A stretch of 40,512 nucleotides of DNA from an uncultured Gammaproteobacteria bacterium (GCA_964598355.1 CAZRBN010000003.1:1-40512); one strand, 5' to 3'. Positions 27,832-37,642 are shown, counted from the first letter of the stretch. The notes: generated from the sequence alone by a model not told the origin. Translations and numbers: made by a program.

Positions 27832-29661
27832 ATGCCAGACTTAAAATCTTTTAACCATTTCCCCAACCCCTTTGATGATATTAAAAAAGTGGATATGGGA
27901 CAAAGTTTTAGTGCGAGCAACAGTCATCTGTATGCAAGCGCAGAATTTGGCCGCGATGCAAGACAACTTGCTGTTGACGCTCTAATTTTCGATCCAGCAA
28001 TTACCAAAAAAGTTGTCATGTCACTTGTTAAACGTCAAGCATGGAAGAGAAATGATATTACTGAAGCACAACCAGGAAAGTTTCACCACGAACATCGAGA
28101 ACTGTTTGTAAATGGTCAAAGGGTTTCCCAAGACTCAGAAAAAATTCTCAGAGAATTATCAGCCAAATGGGGTGGCACAGGAGAAAAAGTAACATATTAT
28201 GGAAGTTTTGATATTACCCCTGACACAATTAGCCTTATTGCCGAGTTAGCAAGACACGACAAAGCAATTCTTCAAGAACAGGTTATCAATCAAGATAGAA
28301 AGAGAAAAATCACCATTAAAGAAAGTGCCAGGCAAGGGGTACAATGGGTTATGGATCGAGTCGTTTTTGGTCCAACTGTTACTCCACATAATGACATTGT
28401 ACAAAAATTCTTAGAGAAGAATAAACTCACACAATTTGCTCCTACATATCACAATATGCTCTTACGTAATTGGGATTGGATGAACCAAAAAATTGCAACA
28501 GTAGGTGAACAGCTACGACTTCCCTTACGAAAAAACAAGCGAATTAAAATGCTCGAATTCCAACGTGTGAATAAACAAGGGATAACCTATCAAGGGTGGA
28601 TGGATGGAGGAACATCTTTTATTCATACTACTGAAGGAATTAGGGGTATTTTGGCCGATTATCGACAACCCATTGCAACAATTGAAATGCAGGCATCAGC
28701 AATTGACGCATTCGAACAAGCTGCCTTTCTTTTTCCAAAAAAGGAAAAACATTTCAGGAAATTAGCAGGTGAAATAAGAAACAATGTTTTGCACTATTTC
28801 TGGATGGAGGACAAAAAATTTTTCGCAATGGCAACAGATAGAGATGCAAAAGGAAAATTACGCAAACTGGAAACACTAGGATCCAATGTTGGTGAAATAC
28901 TTAACTCGACACTTTTTGACCCGATGCTTTTACATGAAAAGAAAAAATATATTAGCGCAATTATTGCCATGCTTTTTAGTGATGAATTTTTAACTGATGC
29001 AGGTATTCGAACCCGCGCAAAATCAGAAGCATCTCTTACAGACCTTGCTGAAAATCACAATCAACCGAATTCTCCACTAGATTATTGGGATTATCAAGGA
29101 GCAGAGACCTCCTGGATTGTTCAGACTGGACGTATTGCCGAAGGGCTAAGAAGACAAGGATTTTATACACTTGCCGAACAACTCGATAATCGAATTGTTA
29201 ATACGGTTAATATCAGTGGGTTTAATACAGAATATGCGTATGTTGGCGCACGAGGAAATTTAGAAAACAGGGTTGCCTACAATATTGCATCCAAACAAAC
29301 AATGTATCCCTCACCAAATAACCTTGATGTTATTACCATTTATGCAACCAATGTCCCTGAATCAACCCAAACCTGGACTGCATCACGAGTTGCAGCAATA
29401 AAACATAGACAAAATCACTCAGAACTCAATCCTCAAACAGAAAAAGGATCCTGGCAAGAGGAGCTTGAACAATATATTCTTACTAACCTACGACAAGTGA
29501 ATAATCTAAAGGATATCCTTCCCAGAGATGAAGTCATGAAAATCCGAGAAAACTCACCTCTCTTTGTTGTCGATCAAGAGAGAGGGAAAAAACTGGAAGA
29601 AGAGGTAAAGACGCGTTCAGAAAAGTTTTATAATTCTTCACTATCGTCACTCCGGACTTGA
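27832..29661 (+). CDS. Amylo-alpha-1,6-glucosidase / glycogen-debranching-like six-hairpin glycosidase
   Basis: FGRD, QPGKFHHEHR, YYGSFDITP, QGWMDG, PIATIEMQ, FWMED..FFAMA.D, SNVGEIL, GIRT. Start trimmed to ATG 27832. Confidence 0.75.
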   Translation: MPDLKSFNHFPNPFDDIKKVDMGQSFSASNSHLYASAEFGRDARQLAVDALIFDPAITKKVVMSLVKRQAWKRNDITEAQPGKFHHEHRELFVNGQRVSQDSEKILRELSAKWGGTGEKVTYYGSFDITPDTISLIAELARHDKAILQEQVINQDRKRKITIKESARQGVQWVMDRVVFGPTVTPHNDIVQKFLEKNKLTQFAPTYHNMLLRNWDWMNQKIATVGEQLRLPLRKNKRIKMLEFQRVNKQGITYQGWMDGGTSFIHTTEGIRGILADYRQPIATIEMQASAIDAFEQAAFLFPKKEKHFRKLAGEIRNNVLHYFWMEDKKFFAMATDRDAKGKLRKLETLGSNVGEILNSTLFDPMLLHEKKKYISAIIAMLFSDEFLTDAGIRTRAKSEASLTDLAENHNQPNSPLDYWDYQGAETSWIVQTGRIAEGLRRQGFYTLAEQLDNRIVNTVNISGFNTEYAYVGARGNLENRVAYNIASKQTMYPSPNNLDVITIYATNVPESTQTWTASRVAAIKHRQNHSELNPQTEKGSWQEELEQYILTNLRQVNNLKDILPRDEVMKIRENSPLFVVDQERGKKLEEEVKTRSEKFYNSSLSSLRT

Positions 29662-29771
29662 TCCAATATCAACGTCCTTAAAATTCGAACTTTCTACGAG
29701 TTATGATGCGGGATTTAACCTAAGATGAACATGCAAGCTAAGCACTGGAGGTTAGTAACTAGAAGCTGTTA

Positions 29772-32141
29772 TCATGCAGAGATAGGGCGACTTACTACTG
29801 GAGATTCTGGCTCATTATCTTCTACCTTTTGTGCTTTCAATGGTCTTACCAAAGCAACTGGCAATACTTCATCCATATGTTCTACAAAGACAAATTTCAA
29901 ATCATTAATAACTTCCTTTGGAAACTCTTCCAAATCTTTTTTATTCTCTTTAGGAACAATAACTGTTTTAATTCCAGCTCTATGTGCAGCAATAACTTTT
30001 TCCTTAAGTCCACCAATTTCTAATGCGCGACCTCGCAATGTCACCTCTCCTGTCATAGCAACAGTTCTCTTGACGGGGATTTTAGTAAGTGCTGAAATAA
30101 TTGCTGTAGTAATAGCAAGTCCTGCAGATGGCCCATCTTTTGGTACTGCACCTTCAGGGACATGAACATGGATATCTGTTTTTTGGAATGTCTTGTCTGG
30201 AATACCAAAGAGACGTGAACGAGATCTGATATAAGAAAGTGCTGCCTGTGCAGATTCCTTCATCACGTCACCAAGCTGTCCAGTAAGAATAAGTCCGCCT
30301 TTTCCAGGCATGAGCGCAACTTCGATAAAGAGAATATCTCCACCTGCTTCTGTCCATGCCATTCCAGTAGACATACCTATTTCGTCTTTTTTCTCAATAA
30401 GGTTTTCACTATAGACAATTGGGCCTAAAAATTTAGATACTATCTTCTCTGTAACCTGAGTTTTTGTTTTGACTCCCTCAGCAATTTCTTTTGCAACTTT
30501 GCGATATATAGCTGCAAGTCGTCTTTCCAAATTTCTCACTCCAGCTTCTCGTGTATAATGCTGTATGACAAACTTTAAGGCATCATCTGTTATTTCTATC
30601 TGACCTTCTTTAAGTCCATTTGAATCACGTAGTTTTTTGAGTAAGAAGTTTTTTGCGATTTTATATTTCTCATCTTGTGTATATCCGGCAAAATGAATGA
30701 TTTCAAGTCTATCTCTAAGTGCAGGAGGAATAGTATCCAATACATTTGCTGTGGTAATAAACATCACATCAGACAGATCAAATGGAACTTCTAGATAATG
30801 ATCTGAGAATCCATGATTTTGTTCTGGATCCAATGCTTCTAGAAGAGCGGCTGTTGGATCGCCTCTAAAATCTGCACCTACTTTATCAATTTCATCAAGC
30901 ATAAAGACTGGATTTTTTGTCCCTGCATCTTTAATACCTTGAATAATTCGGCCTGGCATTGCCCCAACATAAGTTCGTCTGTGACCTCGAATTTCTGCTT
31001 CATCGCGAATTCCTCCAAGAGAAACTTTCACAAACTTTCGGCCCAATGCTTTCGCAATGGATTTTCCTATAGATGTTTTACCAACACCGGGAGGACCTGA
31101 GAAACAAAGAATAGGTCCTTTCATTTTCCCTGCTAACTTTCTCACCGCTAAGTATTCAATAATCCTCTCTTTTGCTTTCTTCAAACCAAAGTGTTCTTCA
31201 TCCAAAATCTTTTCTGCAGCTTTTACATCGACATTATCTTTACTCTCATTACTCCATGGCAAATCAACTAGCCATTCAATATAGTTACGAATATACCCTG
31301 CTTCTGGGTTGAATTGATTCATTTGCCCGAGCTTTTTAATTTCCTTTTTTGCCTTTTCTTCAACATCTTCAGGCATTCCCGCTTTCTTTACTTTATCCAA
31401 AAGCTCTTTTATCTCTCCAACATCATCGCCTTCTTGACCTAATTCTTTTTCAATAGTTTTGAGTCTTTCACGAAGGATCGCTTGGCGTGCGCCTTTTTCG
31501 AATTGTTCTTGAGTCTTTGAAGCAATGCGTCTTTCAAGTTCAAGAATTTTAATTTCTCGAGAAAGTAAATCTGCAATTTTTTCAAGTCGTTCTTTTACAT
31601 TGGTTATTTCAAGTAAATGTTGTCTTTCTTGAGGTTTTAAATCTAACGTAGATGCTACCAAATCAGCAAGTTCGGATGGAGAGTTATCAGACATAATATT
31701 CATGAAAACCAAAAAGTCTGAAGATTTTCCGAGATTCATTGCGCGTCTAAACTCATTAGTAATGTGATTGCATAAAGCTTTTACTTCTGGAGTGTCTTCT
31801 ACAACATCAGGAAGCTCAACAACATGAGCAAGAAGATATGCATCATGTTCTTCATACGAAACTATTTTTACACGAGTTAAACCACGCACTTGCGCGTTGA
31901 TTTCCCCATTTGTGCGAATCATTCGCTCAATTCGAGAAAGTGTACCTATTTCAAAAAGATCATCAGTTGAAGGGTCATTAATGCGGGCATTTTTTTGCAA
32001 GACAAAACAGACGACGCGCTCATTCTGGAATGATGATTCGAGTGCTGCCAAACTTTTCTGTCTCCCAAAAGTAAGGACTGCATCGGTGTTGGGGAATATA
32101 ATACCATCTCTAATTGGAATTATCGGAACTAATTTATCCAT
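29772..32141 (-). CDS. lon: ATP-dependent protease La (Lon)
   Basis: Lon N-domain; Walker A GPPGVGKTS; RRTYVGAMPG; LDEIDK; PKDGPSAG (catalytic Ser); IGGLKEK (catalytic Lys). Start trimmed to ATG 32141. Confidence 0.98.
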   Translation of the reverse strand: MDKLVPIIPIRDGIIFPNTDAVLTFGRQKSLAALESSFQNERVVCFVLQKNARINDPSTDDLFEIGTLSRIERMIRTNGEINAQVRGLTRVKIVSYEEHDAYLLAHVVELPDVVEDTPEVKALCNHITNEFRRAMNLGKSSDFLVFMNIMSDNSPSELADLVASTLDLKPQERQHLLEITNVKERLEKIADLLSREIKILELERRIASKTQEQFEKGARQAILRERLKTIEKELGQEGDDVGEIKELLDKVKKAGMPEDVEEKAKKEIKKLGQMNQFNPEAGYIRNYIEWLVDLPWSNESKDNVDVKAAEKILDEEHFGLKKAKERIIEYLAVRKLAGKMKGPILCFSGPPGVGKTSIGKSIAKALGRKFVKVSLGGIRDEAEIRGHRRTYVGAMPGRIIQGIKDAGTKNPVFMLDEIDKVGADFRGDPTAALLEALDPEQNHGFSDHYLEVPFDLSDVMFITTANVLDTIPPALRDRLEIIHFAGYTQDEKYKIAKNFLLKKLRDSNGLKEGQIEITDDALKFVIQHYTREAGVRNLERRLAAIYRKVAKEIAEGVKTKTQVTEKIVSKFLGPIVYSENLIEKKDEIGMSTGMAWTEAGGDILFIEVALMPGKGGLILTGQLGDVMKESAQAALSYIRSRSRLFGIPDKTFQKTDIHVHVPEGAVPKDGPSAGLAITTAIISALTKIPVKRTVAMTGEVTLRGRALEIGGLKEKVIAAHRAGIKTVIVPKENKKDLEEFPKEVINDLKFVFVEHMDEVLPVALVRPLKAQKVEDNEPESPVVSRPISA

Positions 32142-32155
32142 AAACCTTAATCTAT

Positions 32156-32189
32156 TTAGCACTCTATCAGACCTGGTGCTAAGTGTCAA
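32156..32189 (-). promoter_or_regulatory. CIRCE (HrcA operator) overlapping the lon promoter
   Basis: TTAGCACTC-N9-TGGTGCTAA at 32156-32182 (consensus TTAGCACTC-N9-GAGTGCTAA, 2 mismatches); minus-strand TTGACA 32189-84, 17-nt spacer, TAGAGT 32166-61. Confidence 0.85.
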
Positions 32190-32237
32190 CCCCCAAAAAT
32201 ACTATATTAGAAAGGTTATAGGGAAATAGGATAACTT

Positions 32238-32301
32238 GTTGATAGTTCACTGTTCATCGTTCACCATTTAAGGAGAATATAATGAACTATTAACTACGAA
32301 C
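32238..32301. repeat. Inverted pair of degenerate heptamer arrays
   Basis: GTTGATA GTTCACT GTTCATC GTTCACC, then AATGAAC TATTAAC TACGAAC in reverse-complement orientation. Confidence 0.6.
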
Positions 32302-32325
32302 CCTCTGCCACAAGCTAATATGTGG

Positions 32326-32355
32326 TTGACAGCCTCAATCTTTGAAGCCTACAAT
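32326..32355 (+). promoter_or_regulatory. Sigma70-type promoter for the MgtE-domain/NRAMP pair
   Basis: TTGACA 32326-31, 18-nt spacer, TACAAT 32350-55, ATG at 32365. Confidence 0.65.
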
Positions 32356-32364
32356 TAAGAAGCT

Positions 32365-33546
32365 ATGGTATATCTAAGTCAACTTCTCAACAAACCTATT
32401 TATCAAAACGGCAAACCGTTTGGCAAAATTATTGATCTCGCGATATTCGAAAATCGTCCTAATCCACCTGTCTCAAAGGTTGAGATTAAGCATGGCAAAG
32501 AGAAATTAACTGTCTCTCCTCAAGCACTTACCGTCACTGACAAACATATCTCTCTTCCTACCCAACATATCCCCCTTCTTCCATATGATCATAAAGATTT
32601 TTATCTTGTGGAAGATTTACTAGATAAGCAAGTTATCGATACTGACGGCAGACGGCTTGTGCGAGTTAATGATGTGGTTCTTGAAAGTAATGGAGAGTTA
32701 CGAGTGGTGGGCATTGATATTGGATTTGCAGGCATTCTACGACGTTTGGGGCTTAGTCTTCTTGCTCATCAAACAACAATCATTCCTTGGACTGTTATTG
32801 AAGCATTTGATTACCAAACAGGAGATGTCAGGATAAAGCTTAAGCAAAGCAGTCTCAATACTCTTCATCCTGCCGATATTGCAGATATTTTGGAAGAAGC
32901 AGGAACAAAAGAGCGAGTTGGTATCGTCGAAGCATTAGATGCAAAAAATGCTGCACGTGCTTTGGAAGAAACAGACGAAGAAACTCAAGTCTCAATTTTG
33001 GAAAATCTGGAAGAAAATACTATTAAAAACATTGTTAATAAAATGCATATTTCTGAAATTGCAGATGTTATTAATGATCTAAACCCTCTTAAAGCCAAAG
33101 AAGTACAAAATGCATTAGGAGATGAACGAGTACAGAAAGTTCGCAAACTTCTTTCCTTCTCTGATGATGTTGCAGGAGGCATGATGCATTTAGGGTTTTT
33201 CCAAGCCAGAGGAGAGCAGACAGTAAAAGAAGTTATTCGCGAAATGGAGCAACAAGCAAATGTTCCTGAAACGATTATAGTCACCAATGGAGATGGAAAA
33301 ATTAGTGGTGTTATTAACAGTAAAGAGCTTCTTATTGCAGACAAGTTATCACTACTCAAAGATAATATAACAGATAAAAAATTTGTTTTTCCGGATACAC
33401 CATTTGAGGATATTATCGAGCTATTTGCTCAATATAACTTACGTGTTGTCCCTGTTGTTGATCAGGAGAAAAAACCAGCAGGCATTATTCTTATCGATGA
33501 CATTTTAAAGATTATTGAAGAGGAAAACGAGAATGAAAACAATTAG
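32365..33546 (+). CDS. Soluble PRC-barrel + MgtE N-terminal + CBS-pair protein (no TM domain)
   Basis: DLLDKQVIDTDGRRLVRVND (PRC-like), LHPADIADILE (MgtE_N), DVAGGMM, FAQYNLRVVPVVD...GIILIDDIL (CBS). Confidence 0.85.
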   Translation: MVYLSQLLNKPIYQNGKPFGKIIDLAIFENRPNPPVSKVEIKHGKEKLTVSPQALTVTDKHISLPTQHIPLLPYDHKDFYLVEDLLDKQVIDTDGRRLVRVNDVVLESNGELRVVGIDIGFAGILRRLGLSLLAHQTTIIPWTVIEAFDYQTGDVRIKLKQSSLNTLHPADIADILEEAGTKERVGIVEALDAKNAARALEETDEETQVSILENLEENTIKNIVNKMHISEIADVINDLNPLKAKEVQNALGDERVQKVRKLLSFSDDVAGGMMHLGFFQARGEQTVKEVIREMEQQANVPETIIVTNGDGKISGVINSKELLIADKLSLLKDNITDKKFVFPDTPFEDIIELFAQYNLRVVPVVDQEKKPAGIILIDDILKIIEEENENENN

Positions 33547-34771
33547 AAATTATTTTTTACGATTCCTTCCCATTCTGGCTATTCTCGGTCCTGGTATTAT
33601 TTCAGGTTCTGTTGATAATGATGCAGGAGGAATCGCAACGTATTCCATCGCTGGGGCTCAGTTTGGAACAGGGTTATTGTGGGTACTTTTTCTCACCACA
33701 TTTTGTCTTGCTATCACACAAGAAATTGGTGCTCGTATGGGTCTTGCTACTGGAAAAGGACTGGCATCTCTTATCCGCGAAAAATTTGGAGTACGATGGA
33801 CTACTTTTATTATGGCCGTTCTTCTTATTGCAAATATAGGCACTATCGCTGCCGAATTTGCTGGTATTGCTGCAGCACTTGAAATAGTACATATTAGTAA
33901 ATTTATTTCCGTTCCCCTTATTGGCATTAGCGTATTTTTTCTTGTCACCCGGTGGAGTTTTAAAAGACTCGAAACGATTTTTCTTGTATTATCAGGGTTC
34001 TATCTTGTGTATATAATCTCAGCCATTATGGCTCACCCCAATTGGTCCAACAGTATACAAAGCCTTGTTATTCCTTCTTTCCATTTTAGTAAAGCCTATT
34101 TGCTTACAGTCGTTGCTGTTGTTGGAACAACAATTACTCCCTGGGGACAATTTTTTATCCAAGATTATGTCGTAGATAAAAAACTAACTCAAGATGACCT
34201 GAACGTAGAGAGAGGAGACGTCTTCTTTGGATCTTTTGTTACTAACTTTATCTCATTTTTTATTATTGTTGCTTGTGCAGCAACACTTTTTGCTCATAAT
34301 ATACCTATTAATGATGCTAAAGATGCTGCTATTGCACTACAACCGTTAGCTGGACAATTTGCTGCTTTCTTATTTGCGTTTGGCCTGCTTAATGCATCAA
34401 TATTTGGTGCTGCACTTGTCCCAATCTCTACTTCTTATGTTGTTACTGAAGCTTTTGGATTTGAATCTGGACTAAATTTTAGCTTTAGCGAGGCACCTGC
34501 TTTTTATGGACTCTTTGCATTTTTACTTATTATCGGAGGATTACTTGTACTCATTCCTTTTATCCCGCTTTTGACCATTCTTTTTATCAGTCAAGCTGTT
34601 AATGCAGTACTCCTTCTTCCAATTCTTATTTTTCTCTTTATTCTGTCAAATGATAAAAAACTGCTGAACGGATATGCCAATGGAAGGACTATTAATATAA
34701 TAATAATAATAACGTTTCTTTTAATTGCAATCAGCGCACTATTCTACGCAGGATCCTTTTTCCTAGGATAA
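33533..34771 (+). CDS. NRAMP/SLC11-family divalent metal transporter, NRMT-like
   Basis: GPGII...DNDAGGIATYS.AGA.FG, QE..ARMG..TGKGL, GTTITPW; lacks the canonical DPGN and MPH motifs. Start ATG 33533 overlaps the upstream gene. Confidence 0.88.
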   Translation: MKTIRNYFLRFLPILAILGPGIISGSVDNDAGGIATYSIAGAQFGTGLLWVLFLTTFCLAITQEIGARMGLATGKGLASLIREKFGVRWTTFIMAVLLIANIGTIAAEFAGIAAALEIVHISKFISVPLIGISVFFLVTRWSFKRLETIFLVLSGFYLVYIISAIMAHPNWSNSIQSLVIPSFHFSKAYLLTVVAVVGTTITPWGQFFIQDYVVDKKLTQDDLNVERGDVFFGSFVTNFISFFIIVACAATLFAHNIPINDAKDAAIALQPLAGQFAAFLFAFGLLNASIFGAALVPISTSYVVTEAFGFESGLNFSFSEAPAFYGLFAFLLIIGGLLVLIPFIPLLTILFISQAVNAVLLLPILIFLFILSNDKKLLNGYANGRTINIIIIITFLLIAISALFYAGSFFLG

Positions 34772-34854
34772 AACCAAGATTTAAGATATACACGGGGTGT
34801 GCAGTACGAATAATAATTAAGTAAAAAGGTACCAAATATGAACTATCAAGCTGC

Positions 34855-35193
34855 TTACTCTACATCTAAAGCATCTATCTTTGCTGCCACGATAAAATCA
34901 TTTTCTGAAAGCCCTCCAACTGCATGGGTAAATAGATCAATTTGTACTTTGTTATAAAAAATATTGATGTCAGGATGGTGCCCTTCCTCCTCGGCAATAG
35001 GAGCAACTTTATTCACAAATGCAATTGCATCTAAAAAATTCTTAAGGGTAAATTGTTTGCGTAACTTGTGATTTCCATCTCTGAGCAGCGACCACGTAGC
35101 AACCTCTTCATGCAACCTATCTTCTTCATTGTTAGAAAGCGGAGGAATCCCACCTTCACAAGGTACACAATGTTTTTGCATTAAGTCCGTCAT
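34855..35193 (-). CDS. Pterin-4a-carbinolamine dehydratase
   Basis: CVPCEGG, AEEEGHHPDI, THAVGGLSENDFIVAAKID. Confidence 0.93.
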   Translation of the reverse strand: MTDLMQKHCVPCEGGIPPLSNNEEDRLHEEVATWSLLRDGNHKLRKQFTLKNFLDAIAFVNKVAPIAEEEGHHPDINIFYNKVQIDLFTHAVGGLSENDFIVAAKIDALDVE

Positions 35194-35392
35194 AAAAGTA
35201 GCATATAATTTCTCTGGAAAAATTTCAATGTATTCTCTATAACTTTTTTATAATTCTTACATTTCCCCACCAGATATAAGGGTAAGAGAAATAGGTTCTT
35301 CTTCATGTCCTTCTTACATAGATGTTCTTCATTTCTTATTTTAGTCATTTAGTATCTGAAGGAGTTGCTGCTCTCCTGTCTCCTATTTCATT

Positions 35393-37642
35393 ATGCAAAA
35401 GTTATCAATTATTATTCCTATTTATAATGAAGAAGAAAACATACAAAAACTTGTTGAAAGGATACATAAAGCATGCACATCAGAAAGAATACTCTATGAA
35501 ATTATTTTCGTTGATGATCATTCAACAGATAATACACAAAAAATAATACAACTTATTTCTCCTCTTTTCCCTATTTCTTTCCACGCTAAAAAAGGCAAAC
35601 AAGGTAAATCATATTCTTTGATAGAAGGATTTCAATATGCAAAGTATGAGTTATTGTGTATGATCGATGCAGATTTACAATATGCTCCTGAATATATCCC
35701 TGCAATGGTAAAAATGTCTTCCCAGGCAGATATTATTATCGCAAAGAGAAAAGAACAATCGATCCCTTTTTTTAGAAAAATTATGAGTTCGGCACAACAT
35801 TTCATCTTTAATAAAATCCTTCATAATATGGATTATGATGTTCAATCGGGACTCAAAGTTTTCAAAAAAGAAATAGTTGATCGCATTACACTTAATCCAA
35901 AACCTTGGACATTTGATTTAGAGTTTTTATTAAAAGCAATACAAGCAGGCTATACAATTAGTTCTTTGCCTATTGCTTTCTATAGCAGGCTACATGGAAA
36001 ATCAAAAATCAATGTTCTGAAAGACTCATGGCAGATTGCAATTTCAGCAATACAATTAAAATTTGCTCGTCATCGTGTTATTCCGTTTCATCCAGTAATG
36101 GCTTTTAAAGAGGGAAAAGGATTTCACTATAATGGGAGTATCTATGTTCATCACTCAGATCTTGCAATTGACGATACAGCTTTTTTCCGTCTTACATTAA
36201 AACAGCAAGTACTATTACTTTCTTTAGCAATATCATTTGTAATAAGTTTTGCAATTAACTGGCATGTTACGATTGTCCTTTTCTTAGGAGCGTTGACTTT
36301 TTTATATTTTACCGATCTTCTTTTTAGTCTTTTTCTCATCTCAAGAAATTTTCAAAAACAGACAGAAATTGACGTCTCTGAAAAAGATATTCTAGAAGAA
36401 AAATTATGGCCTATGTATACAATTCTTTGTCCCCTCTACAAAGAATTACAGATTATACCCCAATTTATTGATGCAATTCAAAAAATAGATTACCCAAAAA
36501 TAAAATTACAAGTCATGCTGCTTCTCGAAGAAGATGACACAGAAACAATTAATAAAGCTGCAACTCTATCTTTGCCATCATATGTTGAATTTATTATTGT
36601 CCCAAATTCCTCTCCAAAAACTAAACCAAAAGCATTGAATTACGGACTAACACTAGCCAAAGGAGATTATGTGGTCATCTATGATGCAGAAGATATCCCA
36701 GACCCTATGCAACTCAAAAAAGTAGTTATTGCCTTTGAAAAAAGCATAATAAGCAATAAAAATATTGCATGTATTCAAGCAAAATTAAATTTTTATAATC
36801 CACATCAAAATCTTCTTACCCGAATTTTTACTGCTGAATATTCGTTATGGTTTGATTTGGTGCTCACAGGTCTTCAATCTTTAGATGCTCCTATTCCTTT
36901 GGGTGGGACATCAAATCATTTCCGTACAAAAGATATAAAAATGCTCAAAGGATGGGACTCGTTTAACGTTACAGAGGATTGTGATTTAGGATTAAGGCTA
37001 GCAAAAAATGGTTTCCAAACGGCAATGGTAAATTCTACAACATTAGAAGAAGCAAATAGTGATTTAAGGAATTGGTTTCGTCAAAGAGGAAGGTGGATTA
37101 AAGGATATATTCAAAGTTATTTTGTTCATGTTAGACATCCAAAAGAATTTTTAGAAAAATCATCTGTAAAAGATTTTATTCTTTTCCAAATTATTGTAGG
37201 TGGTAAAATTACCTCTCTTTTTATTAATCCTATGCTTTGGGCAATTACAGCAATATACTTCATATTTAGACCTTTTGTTGGAAATATTGTTGAGTCATTT
37301 TTTCCAAGCCCTATTTATTATATTGGTATCCTTTCGCTTGTCTTTGGTAATTTCCTTTACCTCTACTATTACATGATTGCAACGATTAAAAGGGAACATT
37401 TCTCTATAACAAAGTATGCATTACTCGTACCATTCTATTGGCTTTGTATGAGTGTTGCTGCATGGGGAGCCTTATATAAAATGATTACACAGCCTTATTA
37501 TTGGGCAAAAACAGTTCATGGACTTCATCTAAAATCACCTGTTGTTGCTCAGATAAAGCAAAACCCAAACAAACAGATTGAAGAAATTCAAGATCAAACC
37601 ATTGTGGATATTCCACAAAGTATTCAGCCAGCATTATCATAA
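35393..37642 (+). CDS. Two-domain GT2: DPM1-like domain fused to a processive cellulose-synthase-like membrane GT2
   Basis: N-terminal LSIIIPIYNEE/VDDHSTD/IDADLQY/DVQSGLK/FDLE; C-terminal TKPKALNY, YDAED, TED, QRGRW (QxxRW), W.KT.HG, with TM helices. Confidence 0.88.
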   Translation: MQKLSIIIPIYNEEENIQKLVERIHKACTSERILYEIIFVDDHSTDNTQKIIQLISPLFPISFHAKKGKQGKSYSLIEGFQYAKYELLCMIDADLQYAPEYIPAMVKMSSQADIIIAKRKEQSIPFFRKIMSSAQHFIFNKILHNMDYDVQSGLKVFKKEIVDRITLNPKPWTFDLEFLLKAIQAGYTISSLPIAFYSRLHGKSKINVLKDSWQIAISAIQLKFARHRVIPFHPVMAFKEGKGFHYNGSIYVHHSDLAIDDTAFFRLTLKQQVLLLSLAISFVISFAINWHVTIVLFLGALTFLYFTDLLFSLFLISRNFQKQTEIDVSEKDILEEKLWPMYTILCPLYKELQIIPQFIDAIQKIDYPKIKLQVMLLLEEDDTETINKAATLSLPSYVEFIIVPNSSPKTKPKALNYGLTLAKGDYVVIYDAEDIPDPMQLKKVVIAFEKSIISNKNIACIQAKLNFYNPHQNLLTRIFTAEYSLWFDLVLTGLQSLDAPIPLGGTSNHFRTKDIKMLKGWDSFNVTEDCDLGLRLAKNGFQTAMVNSTTLEEANSDLRNWFRQRGRWIKGYIQSYFVHVRHPKEFLEKSSVKDFILFQIIVGGKITSLFINPMLWAITAIYFIFRPFVGNIVESFFPSPIYYIGILSLVFGNFLYLYYYMIATIKREHFSITKYALLVPFYWLCMSVAAWGALYKMITQPYYWAKTVHGLHLKSPVVAQIKQNPNKQIEEIQDQTIVDIPQSIQPALS

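Noticed and set aside
29725-32229. Plus-strand ORFs of 146, 110, 75 and 64 aa
   Set aside because: Antisense shadows of lon with no recognisable motifs.
32190-32364. Mg2+ (M-box) riboswitch upstream of the Mg transport genes
   Set aside because: The predicted promoter lies only about 9 nt from the ATG, leaving no leader; the visible structure is the heptamer inverted pair.
9587-35193. A pterin pathway linking the 'PTPS-related' membrane proteins with the carbinolamine dehydratase
   Set aside because: The PTPS-related proteins are multi-TM YfhO/GT-C-like and show no T-fold PTPS motifs. The family name is misleading, and the dehydratase is 16 kb or more away and commonly stands alone.
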